The translations under genes were made by a program, and so were the position numbers. A stretch of 64,000 nt of DNA from an uncultured candidate division Zixibacteria bacterium (lineage in GTDB: Bacteria; Zixibacteria; MSB-5A5; UBA10806), in assembly GCA_963801605.1 (NCBI GenBank), contig CAWDFP010000006.1, positions 1,248,001 to 1,312,000 on the forward strand, given 5' to 3'. The notes under the pieces are model-generated. The model was not told where the DNA came from, made no database searches, and worked only from the letters and a program-made list of their open reading frames with translations. Below, in pieces: positions 54,756 through 64,000 of the stretch (positions within the stretch are counted from its first letter, which is position 1; each line of letters opens with the position of its first letter).

Positions 54756-55557
54756 ATGCCTGATCAAACCGTAACTAATGTTTCTTTTCTTTTCCCCATA
54801 GTCGTGGTCATAATCCTGGTTTTGTTCATACTGGGAAATGCCATCAGAATATTGAGGGAATACGAACGCGGCGTAGTTTTCAGATTGGGACGCCTGGTTG
54901 GCGCCAAGGGTCCGGGGTTGATCCTGCTTATCCCGATTGTCGACAAAATGGTAAAAGTCAGCCTGCGTACTGTAACCATGGATGTTCCCCCGCAGGATAT
55001 CATCACTCGCGACAACGTTACCGTCAAAGGTCAGCGCCGTTGCTTATTTCCGAGTGATTGAGCCTACCAAAGCTATTATTGATGTTGAAGATTATAACTA
55101 TGCAACTTCGCTTATTGCGCAGACCACACTCCGCTCGATCCTTGGCCAGGTCGAGCTTGACGATCTTCTTTCTAATCGCAACAAGATTAACGCGGAATTG
55201 CAGGCCGTAATCGATCAGCAAACCGAGCCCTGGGGCGTGAAAGTCGCCATCGTCGAAATTAAGAACGTCGATCTTCCGCAGGAAATGCAGCGTGCTATCG
55301 CCAGGCAGGCCGAGGCTGAACGCGAACGTCGCGCCAAAGTTATTCATGCTGATGGCGAATTTCAGGCTTCCGCCAAGATCAATGACGCTGCCAATATCCT
55401 GGGCCAGAATCCGGTGGGCGTCCAGTTGAGATACCTGCAAACCCTTGTGGAAATCGCCGCCGAGAAAAATTCTACTACTATTTTCCCGATTCCGATCGAG
55501 CTTTTCAGGCCGTTTATTGACAAGTACTATAAGGATCAGGAACCAAAGAAACAGTAA
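54756..55557 (+). CDS. Stomatin-like (slipin/SPFH) protein; +1 frameshift at ~55027
   Basis: [39 protein letters not shown]. Confidence 0.88.
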
Positions 55558-55582
55558 CCGGCTGAATTGTTTTTATAATTGC

Positions 55583-55618
55583 AATCGAGGTCCCTGTTGG
55601 GGCCTCGATTTTTTATTT
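55583..55618 (+). terminator. Intrinsic terminator
   Basis: AATCGAGGTCCC/GGGGCCTCGATT stem plus T tract. Confidence 0.7.
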
Positions 55619-55654
55619 CAAACGGGCATTTTTGGTATGACACTTGTATGTTAT

Positions 55655-57049
55655 CTAAAACTTAGCATTTCTCGGCGTTCTCGGGAATGGTATCGCATCT
55701 CGAATATTAGCCATGCCCGACATGTACATCAACGAGCGTGTGAATCCCAGGCCGAATCCGGCATGCGGCACGGTGCCATAACGCCGAAGATCGTAATACC
55801 ATGAGATGCTTTCCTCTTTTACATGATGGAACTTCACCTGCTCCTTGAGCGTCTCAAAACGTTCCTCTCTCTGGCTTCCCCCGATAATTTCCCCAATTTG
55901 CGGCACTAATACATCGACCGCCGCTACGGTTTTATTATCATCGTTGAGACGCATGTAAAACGCCTTGATCTGCCGAGGATAATCATGCACCATGATTGGT
56001 CCCTGTACATGCTCCTCGCAGAGATATCTCTCATGCTCGGCTTGCAGGTCGAGACCCCATTCTACGGGAAATTCGAATTTCTTTTTTGATTTTTTGAGGA
56101 TTTCAATTGCCTCGGTATATGTCATATACTCGAATTTTGATTTTACCAATGCTTCCAATGTCTCAATTCGATGAGATTCGATTCGCTCATTGAAAAACTT
56201 CATTTCCTCGCTGCACTCGTTGAGAGCATAATTGAACAAATACATCAGAAATTCGCCGGCTAACGCCATATCCTCATTAAGATCGCAAAACGCCATCTCC
56301 GGTTCGATCATCCAGAATTCCGAGAGATGCCGGGAGGTGTTGGAGTTTTCGGCCCGGAACGTTGGCGCGAAAGTGTATACATCCCCCAACGAAGTAGCTA
56401 ATATCTCAGCCTCAAGCTGGCCCGAGACGGTCAGAAAGGTCTGATCACCGAAAAAGTCCTTGTCGAAATCAACCTCGCCCTTTTCATTGCGCGGTACCTT
56501 GTTAAGATCAAATGTCGTTACCCAAAATTGCTCACCGGCGCCCTCGGCATCGGTTGCCGTTATAACGGGGGAGTGTATGTAATAAAAGCCGCGTTCCTGA
56601 AAAAACTTATGAATTGCAAACGCCATTTTGCTGCGAAAACGGTTCATGACTCCAAAGGCATTAGTGCGCGGCCTGAGATGTGCAATCTCACGCAGATATT
56701 CGAACGAATGTCGCTTTTTCTGCAACGGATATTCAGGCGGGCAGAGTCCTATTAGCTGCAGTTCCCCGGGATGCATCTCGATTTTATGTGGCCTCTCCGG
56801 CACTGGCACCAGATTTCCAACTATCCTTACCGACGCTCCCAGGCTAATCTGTTCTAAGTCGGGGAAACGATTCTTGTCTTCGATAACGATCTGAAGATTG
56901 CCAAGCGTGCTCCCGTCGTTTACTTCCAGGAAAACCAGATTGGCCGAATCGCGTCTGGTCCGTATCCAGCCCATTACTATCACGTCCTGACGAGCTACTT
57001 CAGATTCAGTAATGATCTTTGCTACTTTAGTGCGTTTAAAATAATCCAC
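55655..57049 (-). CDS. asnS: Asparagine--tRNA ligase
   Basis: LTVSGQL, FRAENSNTSRHLSEFWMIEPE, GEIIGGSQRE, PHAGFGLG. Confidence 0.96.
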   Translation of the reverse strand: MDYFKRTKVAKIITESEVARQDVIVMGWIRTRRDSANLVFLEVNDGSTLGNLQIVIEDKNRFPDLEQISLGASVRIVGNLVPVPERPHKIEMHPGELQLIGLCPPEYPLQKKRHSFEYLREIAHLRPRTNAFGVMNRFRSKMAFAIHKFFQERGFYYIHSPVITATDAEGAGEQFWVTTFDLNKVPRNEKGEVDFDKDFFGDQTFLTVSGQLEAEILATSLGDVYTFAPTFRAENSNTSRHLSEFWMIEPEMAFCDLNEDMALAGEFLMYLFNYALNECSEEMKFFNERIESHRIETLEALVKSKFEYMTYTEAIEILKKSKKKFEFPVEWGLDLQAEHERYLCEEHVQGPIMVHDYPRQIKAFYMRLNDDNKTVAAVDVLVPQIGEIIGGSQREERFETLKEQVKFHHVKEESISWYYDLRRYGTVPHAGFGLGFTRSLMYMSGMANIRDAIPFPRTPRNAKF

Positions 57050-57227
57050 TGCTCCATCCTTTCAGAGCAACTTATATACCTTATCTGAATCCGAAAATCA
57101 AGCTCGACAATTAATCGGTGGATAAGTATGCCGGATGCTTTTGGTATTCCCATCCGGATAAATTTATTGCTAAATCCATTTGCGATTTAACTGCTTTTAT
57201 CCTTTATTAAAACACCTGAATCAAATT

Positions 57228-57260
57228 AAAAAACAAAAGCCCCGGCGCATTTGCCGGGGC
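57228..57260 (-). terminator. Intrinsic terminator
   Basis: GCCCCGGC/GCCGGGGC stem followed by TTTTGTTTTTT on the minus strand. Confidence 0.7.
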
Positions 57261-57283
57261 CTTTATTAATTATTTTCAATTTA

Positions 57284-59249
57284 TTATGGCACCGGCGGAC
57301 AATCCGGACAGGGATGGATAACTGGTCCGCCCTTTAAATAACTCACCATATACGTTACATCCAGACCATTAAATGAGCATGAGGCATTAACATCGCCTGC
57401 CACATACCAGACATGACCGCTTCCCGGAGGACATTCGCAGCTATACATATCGGGCGGAGTGCCTCGGAAATAAGCAAACGGCAAAAACCACATCAAGACC
57501 GTTGAATGTTCCGCTGTTGTTAATATCTCCAACCACGTAGTGGCAATCATTGCCCGTGGATTGCAGGGCGATAGCTACATGGGTTGTCTCATTCTCGGCG
57601 ACCGAAATCAAGTTTACTGTCGTATCGAGATATCCCGCCTTGCTGAATGATTCCGAAAATATCCCGGGAGGAAGCGTAATATTATACACGCCTTGCACAT
57701 TCGTTGTATCCATTGCAACTATGCCAAGCGTGTCTTCTGTAACTACCGTAACGCCTTCGATCGGAGTTGTGCCATCGGAACGAGTTACCAGACCTCTGAT
57801 ATGGCCATGAGGCGCTGCTATCGGTCCCAATGTACCGTCAGCATTTACGTTTTGCAGGAAAATATCGCCGTCAGCATCAGATCTCATATCTTTCCAGGTG
57901 ACGATAAACTGACCAAGTGGATTGATACAGGACATAAGTTTGTCTTTACTGCTTAGAACCGAACACATCGTTGCAGCCGGAGGTGCCCAGACCGGAGTTC
58001 CGGCGCCGGTAATCCGAATCGCTTTGATTCGGGCGTTGGTAACGTCCCCGGCAGGTTTTTCAAAATAGCTGACCACCGCGCCGCTATCGATCATCTTAAC
58101 ATTGACATATCCCCGTTCCTGAGTGCTCAGGGGCACAAGTGCCAGCGCATTAGTTGTCCATTGCCGCGCCCCGGCTGAGTTGAATTTCTGGCCATAAACA
58201 CCCCATTGGTTCTGGTCGGTGTTTTTATTTAGATAAAAAAGTATCAACTCGTTTGTAGTCGGGTTATAAAAAGCGTCCGGACTGACCTGGATTTGACCGA
58301 CAGCCGTGGAAACCACTACACCATTGGCTGTCCAGTCTACTGTGCCATGGGACGAGATATGTTGAGCGTAGCAATGAAGAACATTGCCTCTTGAATCGTA
58401 CCAGAATGAGAATGCTCCACCGGCTGTATCGGGAGTGATATCGGGAGCCATATATATTTGAACTGAGGCCGCATTGTTTATCAGCACCCCGTTTGCGCCC
58501 CAGAGATCGGTTCCCAGCGAATCATACTTATGAGCATACATATACCAGGGATTATAATACTGGGAACCCTGATGAATTATTAGCTGAAGAATAATGCCAT
58601 CATTGTCGGTTCGCGCCAGACGCGGATATCCCACACCGTATGTGCTGGTGAGGACTTTTATGGATGGTGTCCAAAGGTCGCTCCCATTGATATCGACTTT
58701 TCTCATCCGAATAACGCCTGCCGCAGTTATGTCGCTCCAGGCAAACACTATATTACCATTATTGGTGACAGTGGCCTGCGGAAAAGCATCCGAATTGGCA
58801 TCATTGGAAACTGTCAAACCGTCCGGTCCCCATAAAAATTCACCCGCCGGATTTATTCGATAAGCATAAATATCCCAATCGCCGCCGGCTCGAATATCAT
58901 TTAACGCCAGAATTGCGCAATCGGTGTTGTCGACCGTGAGAGTATAATCCGTGATCCATGAATCCTGGGCATGATTGCTGATTAGCATGCCATTGGATCC
59001 CCACATGACATCTCCATTGGCGTTCAATCTCTGCATGTACATGCAGTAATGCCCGGAAGTGTTATCCCACCAACTCACATAACATCCGCCATCGGATGTT
59101 GCTACAATATGCGGGTCGGTTCCTTCGCCTGACGTAAGACTCAGCCCCAAATTTAACGCCGGATTATCTGGCCATTGTGCAAGGGCTCCTGAGGCGAAAA
59201 GTACGCATAGCGCCAATACAAGCCCCGCAGCTTTCTTTGAAATTACCAT
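57284..59249 (-). CDS. Secreted beta-propeller + carboxypeptidase-regulatory-like domain + dockerin-like C-terminus; +1 frameshift at ~57477
   Basis: Signal peptide; repeated W.D.R..DIY.Q.I..G..W..NG; two GDxNxSxxFNGLDV repeats. Confidence 0.75.
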
Positions 59250-59677
59250 GTTGTCGGCTCCTTGCTAAATGCCCGTAAGTGGAATAAATGTTTATCTTTA
59301 GTTAAAATAACATGAATGATAGATTAGTCAATTTGTTTCTATCGTTTTCTTTGGGAAAATATTATAATGATCGAATTAAATTCATGCTTTGTTAATCTAT
59401 TGATAGGTAGAATGTTAGGAGACAAGCCAAATTCAATTAGTTGGCATTATCGAGCTTTGGTGGATTCTGTCCAGTCGACCTTGTAATCCACAAAGCTATT
59501 GACATTAGCCATAATAAATGGCATATTACAAATCTATGAGATATTGGTCAATAAAACTATTCGACCATTGATTCCTTTTTGGCTTAGCGGCTAATTTAAT
59601 CCGCCGCCTGCTTATTAATTTTAAATCAGTATCATAATATTTGTAACAATTGCCAATGTGGAGAAGTTGAGGCATTT

Positions 59678-61042
59678 ATGAATAGAAAACGAATACTAAT
59701 CATGGGAGCGGCCGGACGCGACTTTCACAATTTCAATCTTCTTTTTAGAAATAAAAAGGAATATGAGGTCGTCTGTTTTACCGCTACTCAAATTCCCGAT
59801 ATCGAAGGCAGAAAATATCCTGCCAAACTTGCGGGCAAGCTTTATCCTCGTGGAATTCCCATCTACCCCGAAAGCGACCTGTTGAGCCTGATCGCCGGCA
59901 AAAAGATTGATGAGGTTCTGTTCTCATATTCTGACGTTAAGTACAGCTATGTAATGTCTAAGGCCGCTCAGGTTAATGCCTGTGGCGCCCATTTTAAGTT
60001 GGCTGGCGGCTTTCCCACCATGCTTAAATCGACTAAGCCGGTTATTGCGGTTTGCGCCGTCCGGACCGGTAGCGGCAAGTCCCAGACCACCCGCAAGGTC
60101 GCCGAGATACTAAAGGGGATGGGCCTTAGGGCCGTGGTGATCCGTCACCCGATGCCTTATGGCGATCTTACCAAACAGATCTGTGAACGCTTTGCCACCT
60201 TAAAGGATCTCGACAAGTACAAATGCACTATCGAGGAACGCGAGGAGTATGAACCTCATATCGTTCGCGGCCAGGTGGTTTACGCCGGAGTCGATTACGA
60301 GGTGATTCTGCGTAACGCCGAAAAAGAAGCCGATGTTATTATTTGGGATGGCGGCAACAACGATCTGCCATTCTACATGCCCGATCTGTATATAACCGTT
60401 GCCGATCCTCATCGGCCCGGGCATGAGCGCAGCTATTACCCCGGCGAAACCAATATGCTTTTGGCTGATATCATCGTCATGAATAAGATCGATACGGCTC
60501 CCATCGAGGGTATTGAGGAAGTGCGCGCCTCCATAAGTAAGCTCAATCCCAAAGCCATCGTCATTGATGCCGCCTCGCCTATTACAGCCGATAAGCCGGA
60601 GCTTATCACCGATAAACGCGTTCTGGTCGTTGAGGATGGCCCGACTCTGACCCACGGCGAGATGGCTTATGGCGCCGGTGTTGTCGCTGCTCAGAAATAC
60701 GGCGCTAAGGAACTGGTCGATCCCCGTCCTTATACGGTTGCATCGATCACGGCCACTTTCCAGAAATATCCCGCCATCGGCACCCTTCTGCCCGCGATGG
60801 GATATGGACCCAAACAGGTTAAAGACCTCGAAACTACGATTAATCGCACCGATTGCGATACCGTGGTTATTGCAACTCCTATCGATCTGGCTCGGATTAT
60901 TAAAATTAACAAGCCAAAAGTTCGAGTCGAGTATGAGTTGCAGGAAATCGGAATTCCTAATCTTTCCGACGTTCTCATTGAGTTTTTCGGTTCCGATGAA
61001 AAGGAAAAACCTGCCAGGAAAAAACGAACGGCAAAAAAGTAA
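59678..61042 (+). CDS. arcE: COG2403 P-loop NTPase (annotated cyclic 2,3-diphosphoglycerate synthase-like); probable arginine synthetase
   Basis: MGAAGRDFHNFN, AVRTGSGKSQT, RHPMPYG, EREEYEPH, EDGPTLTHG; adjacent to carbamate kinase. Confidence 0.75.
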   Translation: MNRKRILIMGAAGRDFHNFNLLFRNKKEYEVVCFTATQIPDIEGRKYPAKLAGKLYPRGIPIYPESDLLSLIAGKKIDEVLFSYSDVKYSYVMSKAAQVNACGAHFKLAGGFPTMLKSTKPVIAVCAVRTGSGKSQTTRKVAEILKGMGLRAVVIRHPMPYGDLTKQICERFATLKDLDKYKCTIEEREEYEPHIVRGQVVYAGVDYEVILRNAEKEADVIIWDGGNNDLPFYMPDLYITVADPHRPGHERSYYPGETNMLLADIIVMNKIDTAPIEGIEEVRASISKLNPKAIVIDAASPITADKPELITDKRVLVVEDGPTLTHGEMAYGAGVVAAQKYGAKELVDPRPYTVASITATFQKYPAIGTLLPAMGYGPKQVKDLETTINRTDCDTVVIATPIDLARIIKINKPKVRVEYELQEIGIPNLSDVLIEFFGSDEKEKPARKKRTAKK

Positions 61043-61074
61043 TCGCGGCATCCTGCCGTCAATTTTAGGACAAA

Positions 61075-62034
61075 ATGGCCAATACGAAAAAAAAGAAAAA
61101 AGCGGTGATTGCGCTGGGCGGCAACGCCATTTCGGCGCGGGACCGGGCCGATACCATTTCAAATCAATTTGATAATACAATTGCCAGTTTGGGATCGATC
61201 CTCGAACTCATCAAGCATGGTTATCAACTGGCTATTACTCATGGCAATGGACCCCAGGTTGGCAATGCTTTGCTTCGAGTCGAACTGGCGCGTGGCAAGG
61301 TTCCGGCTTTACCGCTTTTTGTCTGTGTAGCCGATCTCCAGGGCGGTATGGGTTACATGATCGAGCAATGCCTTCAGAATCGCCTCAAGGATGAGAATAT
61401 CGGGCGCAATGTCGTGACAATGGTATCCCAGGTGGTAGTTGACGAAAAAGATCCTGATTTTAAGAATCCCACCAAATTCATCGGTCAGTTTTATTCCAAA
61501 CCGACTGCTCAAAAGATGGCCAAGGAGATGGGATGGCAGAAGATTGTGCAATTCCCCGGCGATAAACGCTGGCGTCGCGTGGTGCCGTCACCTCAGCCGC
61601 TCGAAATTATCGAGGGTAATACCATCAAGCGCCTCGTCGAGGAGGGTACGATTGTCATCGCCGCCGGTGGCGGAGGAATCCCCGTTCTGCGCAAAAAAGG
61701 CAGATTGGTTGGCGTCGATGCAGTCATCGATAAAGACCGCGCCGCTGCGGTCCTGGCTCGGCAGATCGAGGCCGAACTGCTTATAATCCTAACCGATATC
61801 GACAGGATAGCCATCAATTATCGTAAACCCAATGAGACGTGGCTGAATAAAGTGCCGTTGAAAAAGATGATTGAGTATCATCAGATGGGACAATTCCCGC
61901 CCGGCTCGATGGGCCCTAAGGTTGAGGCCGCTATCAGCTTCCTTAAAAATGGCGGTAAGCAGGTCATAATAACATCGATTGAAAACGGATATGATGCGGT
62001 TCGGGGCAAAGCGGGGACACGGATTGTCAAATAG
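61075..62034 (+). CDS. arcC: Carbamate kinase
   Basis: IALGGNA, THGNGPQVG, PTKFIG, RRVVPSP, GGGGIP, VIDKD, GSMGPKVEAA. Confidence 0.95.
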   Translation: MANTKKKKKAVIALGGNAISARDRADTISNQFDNTIASLGSILELIKHGYQLAITHGNGPQVGNALLRVELARGKVPALPLFVCVADLQGGMGYMIEQCLQNRLKDENIGRNVVTMVSQVVVDEKDPDFKNPTKFIGQFYSKPTAQKMAKEMGWQKIVQFPGDKRWRRVVPSPQPLEIIEGNTIKRLVEEGTIVIAAGGGGIPVLRKKGRLVGVDAVIDKDRAAAVLARQIEAELLIILTDIDRIAINYRKPNETWLNKVPLKKMIEYHQMGQFPPGSMGPKVEAAISFLKNGGKQVIITSIENGYDAVRGKAGTRIVK

Positions 62035-62044
62035 TATTTGTATG

Positions 62045-62069
62045 GGCGCGGTCATCGCGCCTTTTTATT
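62045..62069 (+). terminator. Intrinsic terminator
   Basis: GGCGCG/CGCGCC stem plus TTTTT. Confidence 0.6.
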
Positions 62070-62096
62070 AAGTTTCCATACAAATATATTAACATG

Positions 62097-62120
62097 GTGT
62101 CGGGTCCCCGAACCCGACAC
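62097..62120. repeat. REP-like palindrome
   Basis: GTGTCGGGT-CCCCGA-ACCCGACAC; same loop as 7145-7168. Confidence 0.55.
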
Positions 62121-62228
62121 TAACAATTTCGCCATCAGGTTCTGGGAACTGACGGCACGCGTAATTTCCCGTTTCTCTCAAAAGAAAATACTGGAACCAT
62201 AAATCAGTCACGCTTATTATATTGCTGC

Positions 62229-63590
62229 ATGAATAACCAATTGCTGCATTCCGAACTCATCCGGGTAATTACTTTACTAGGCAGGCTCTATGAGGTTGGC
62301 GGTTCGGTTCGTGATTCGCTGATTTCTCAAGAGACCGAAAATAAAGACCGCGATTATTTAGTTACCGGAATTCCGATTGATGAGCTAATGGATATCCTGC
62401 GGCGTTTCGGCAAGGTTGATCTGGTTGGGAAATCCTTCGGCGTTATCAAATTTACTCCTCGGGGTGAAAATGAAGTTGTTGATATTGCTATTCCGCGCAC
62501 TGAACGATCAGTCGGAGTAGCGCACCGCGAATTTGAAGTTACCTACGATCACAATCTTCCGATCGATATCGATCTCAAACGTCGCGATTTCACCATCAAC
62601 GCCATAGCCCGCGCTATTCCCTCGGGAGAGATAATCGATCCATACGGCGGCCAGGCCGATCTCACCAATAAAATAATAAGAATAGTTTTTCCCGAGGCCG
62701 TCACTGAGGACCCGCTGCGGATTCTCCGAGCCGCCCAGTTTGCCGCCAGATTCGAATTTACCATCGAACCGGAAACGCTAACGGCAATGAAAACCGGCGC
62801 TCATCTGATTGACACCGTTTCGCCTGAGAGGATTGCTGATGAACTTAATAAGATGCTATTGAAAGCCAACCGCCCCTCGATTGGGTTTCACTATCTTCTC
62901 GATATCGGCGTTTTGGAACGCATCCTGCCCGAGTTAACTCAAGGTGTCGGTGTAGAGCAGCCGGGCGGTTATCATCGTTGGGATGTTTTCGAGCATACCA
63001 TGGTCGCGGTTGACTCTTCGGCCAGGAGACTCCTGGTTAGGCTGTCAGCGCTTTTCCATGATGTTGGTAAACCGGCTACGAGAGAGCTTGTTGAGGATGG
63101 CGCTACTTTCTACGGCCATGATAAGCTTTCTGCCCGGATGGCGGAGCAGGCTTTGAAAAGATTGCGATATTCCAATGATGTTATCGATAATGTTTCAACC
63201 CTGATCGGGCGACACATGTTCAGCGATAGGGCGGGGGACAAGGGGATTCGACGCCTTATTCGCGCCGTGGGGACTGATTTGATTTACGATCTTCTCGATT
63301 TACGCCGCGCCGACATTATTGCCCAGGGAATGGGGCAGGAGCCATCGGAGGTGGATGATTTCGAAGCGAAGGTTACCGCGGAGATTGAAAAGAAATCGCC
63401 ATTTGGTCTCGCTGATCTCGAAATTTCCGGCGACGATATTATGAAACAGTTCAACCTTCAGCCCGGCCCGCTCATCGGCGAAATTCTCAACGATCTCCTT
63501 GAAATGGTTTTGGATAATCCCTTAGCCAATTCTTACGATACTCTCATCGCCCGCGCTACGCAGTTTCTGGCAGAGAGAAAGCCAGAGTAG
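62229..63590 (+). CDS. cca: CCA tRNA nucleotidyltransferase with HD domain
   Basis: VGGSVRD, DRDY, DLKRRDFTINA, EDPLRILRA, LFHDVGK. Confidence 0.88.
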   Translation: MNNQLLHSELIRVITLLGRLYEVGGSVRDSLISQETENKDRDYLVTGIPIDELMDILRRFGKVDLVGKSFGVIKFTPRGENEVVDIAIPRTERSVGVAHREFEVTYDHNLPIDIDLKRRDFTINAIARAIPSGEIIDPYGGQADLTNKIIRIVFPEAVTEDPLRILRAAQFAARFEFTIEPETLTAMKTGAHLIDTVSPERIADELNKMLLKANRPSIGFHYLLDIGVLERILPELTQGVGVEQPGGYHRWDVFEHTMVAVDSSARRLLVRLSALFHDVGKPATRELVEDGATFYGHDKLSARMAEQALKRLRYSNDVIDNVSTLIGRHMFSDRAGDKGIRRLIRAVGTDLIYDLLDLRRADIIAQGMGQEPSEVDDFEAKVTAEIEKKSPFGLADLEISGDDIMKQFNLQPGPLIGEILNDLLEMVLDNPLANSYDTLIARATQFLAERKPE

Positions 63591-63648
63591 CTCAAGACCT
63601 CCGCGTTTACCCGCCGGTGGCGGGGTCTTGACATTATGCTTAAAAAAA

Positions 63649-63676
63649 AGCCGTCAAACCTGATAGCTTGACGGCT
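63649..63676. terminator. Hairpin between convergent genes
   Basis: AGCCGTCAA/TTGACGGCT stem preceded by an A run (U tract on the minus strand). Confidence 0.6.
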
Positions 63677-63684
63677 GATTCCAA

Positions 63685-63999
63685 CTATTGTCCCGATTTA
63701 GCGGGCGTTACTGCCTCCCCTTTCCTGGCCACGGCTGCTCGTGCCACCCTATCCGCCGTCTCACGTCCAACACCGGTGATTTCGATTATCCGATCTATTG
63801 CTCGATCCAGCCACACAGACCAGTGCGCCGTCGGAAACTTGAGACGGAAATAATCGGTGACATCGTCAGCGATCACCAGGATATACTCCGCCACCTCCCG
63901 GTTTTTCTGAACCATCAGCAGCGGTACCAGATGCTTTTTTACAAGCACCCCGATATAAATCATCAGTATCGCCCCAAGTGCGGCCAGTGATTTCTCCGT
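63685..63999 (-). CDS. Small membrane protein, 5'-truncated by the window edge (holin-like layout)
   Basis: Frame stays open to the edge: TEKSLAALGAILMIYIGVLVKKHL...; one TM followed by amphipathic helices. Confidence 0.5.
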   Translation of the reverse strand, partial: TEKSLAALGAILMIYIGVLVKKHLVPLLMVQKNREVAEYILVIADDVTDYFRLKFPTAHWSVWLDRAIDRIIEITGVGRETADRVARAAVARKGEAVTPAKSGQ

Positions 64000-64000
64000 T

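Noticed and set aside
60200..61180. 326-aa minus-strand ORF
   Set aside because: Antisense shadow of the arcE-like gene.

Overview
Gene-dense chromosomal segment of a diderm bacterium. Dockerin-like 'GDxNxSGxxNGLD' repeats and T9SS/FlgD-like C-terminal domains suggest candidate division Zixibacteria or an FCB relative (inference). It is mostly housekeeping and envelope genes: xerD, lptF/G, tgt, tldD/E, miaB, holA, two ECF sigma/anti-sigma pairs, pcm, pspC, degP, nfeD/slipin, asnS and cca. Notable loci: (1) a five-gene tdh-like/acpS/acetate ligase/ACP/kbl-like operon, a candidate ACP-tethered glycine-acetate/threonine pathway, with a second stand-alone kbl elsewhere; (2) a poly-gamma-glutamate pgsBCW operon continuing into a secreted tandem-domain protein and an outer-membrane beta-barrel, a candidate export module; (3) a selenocysteine locus with selC tRNA-Sec (atypical acceptor stem), a selenoprotein SelD with in-frame UGA and SECIS-like hairpin that the ORF track truncated, selA and selB; (4) an ArcE-like arginine synthetase next to carbamate kinase; (5) GTAG/CGTC-tagged REP-like palindromes in intergenic gaps. 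Eleven apparent single-base +1 insertions break eight genes and are most likely sequencing errors. No CRISPR array, rRNA or transposase was seen.
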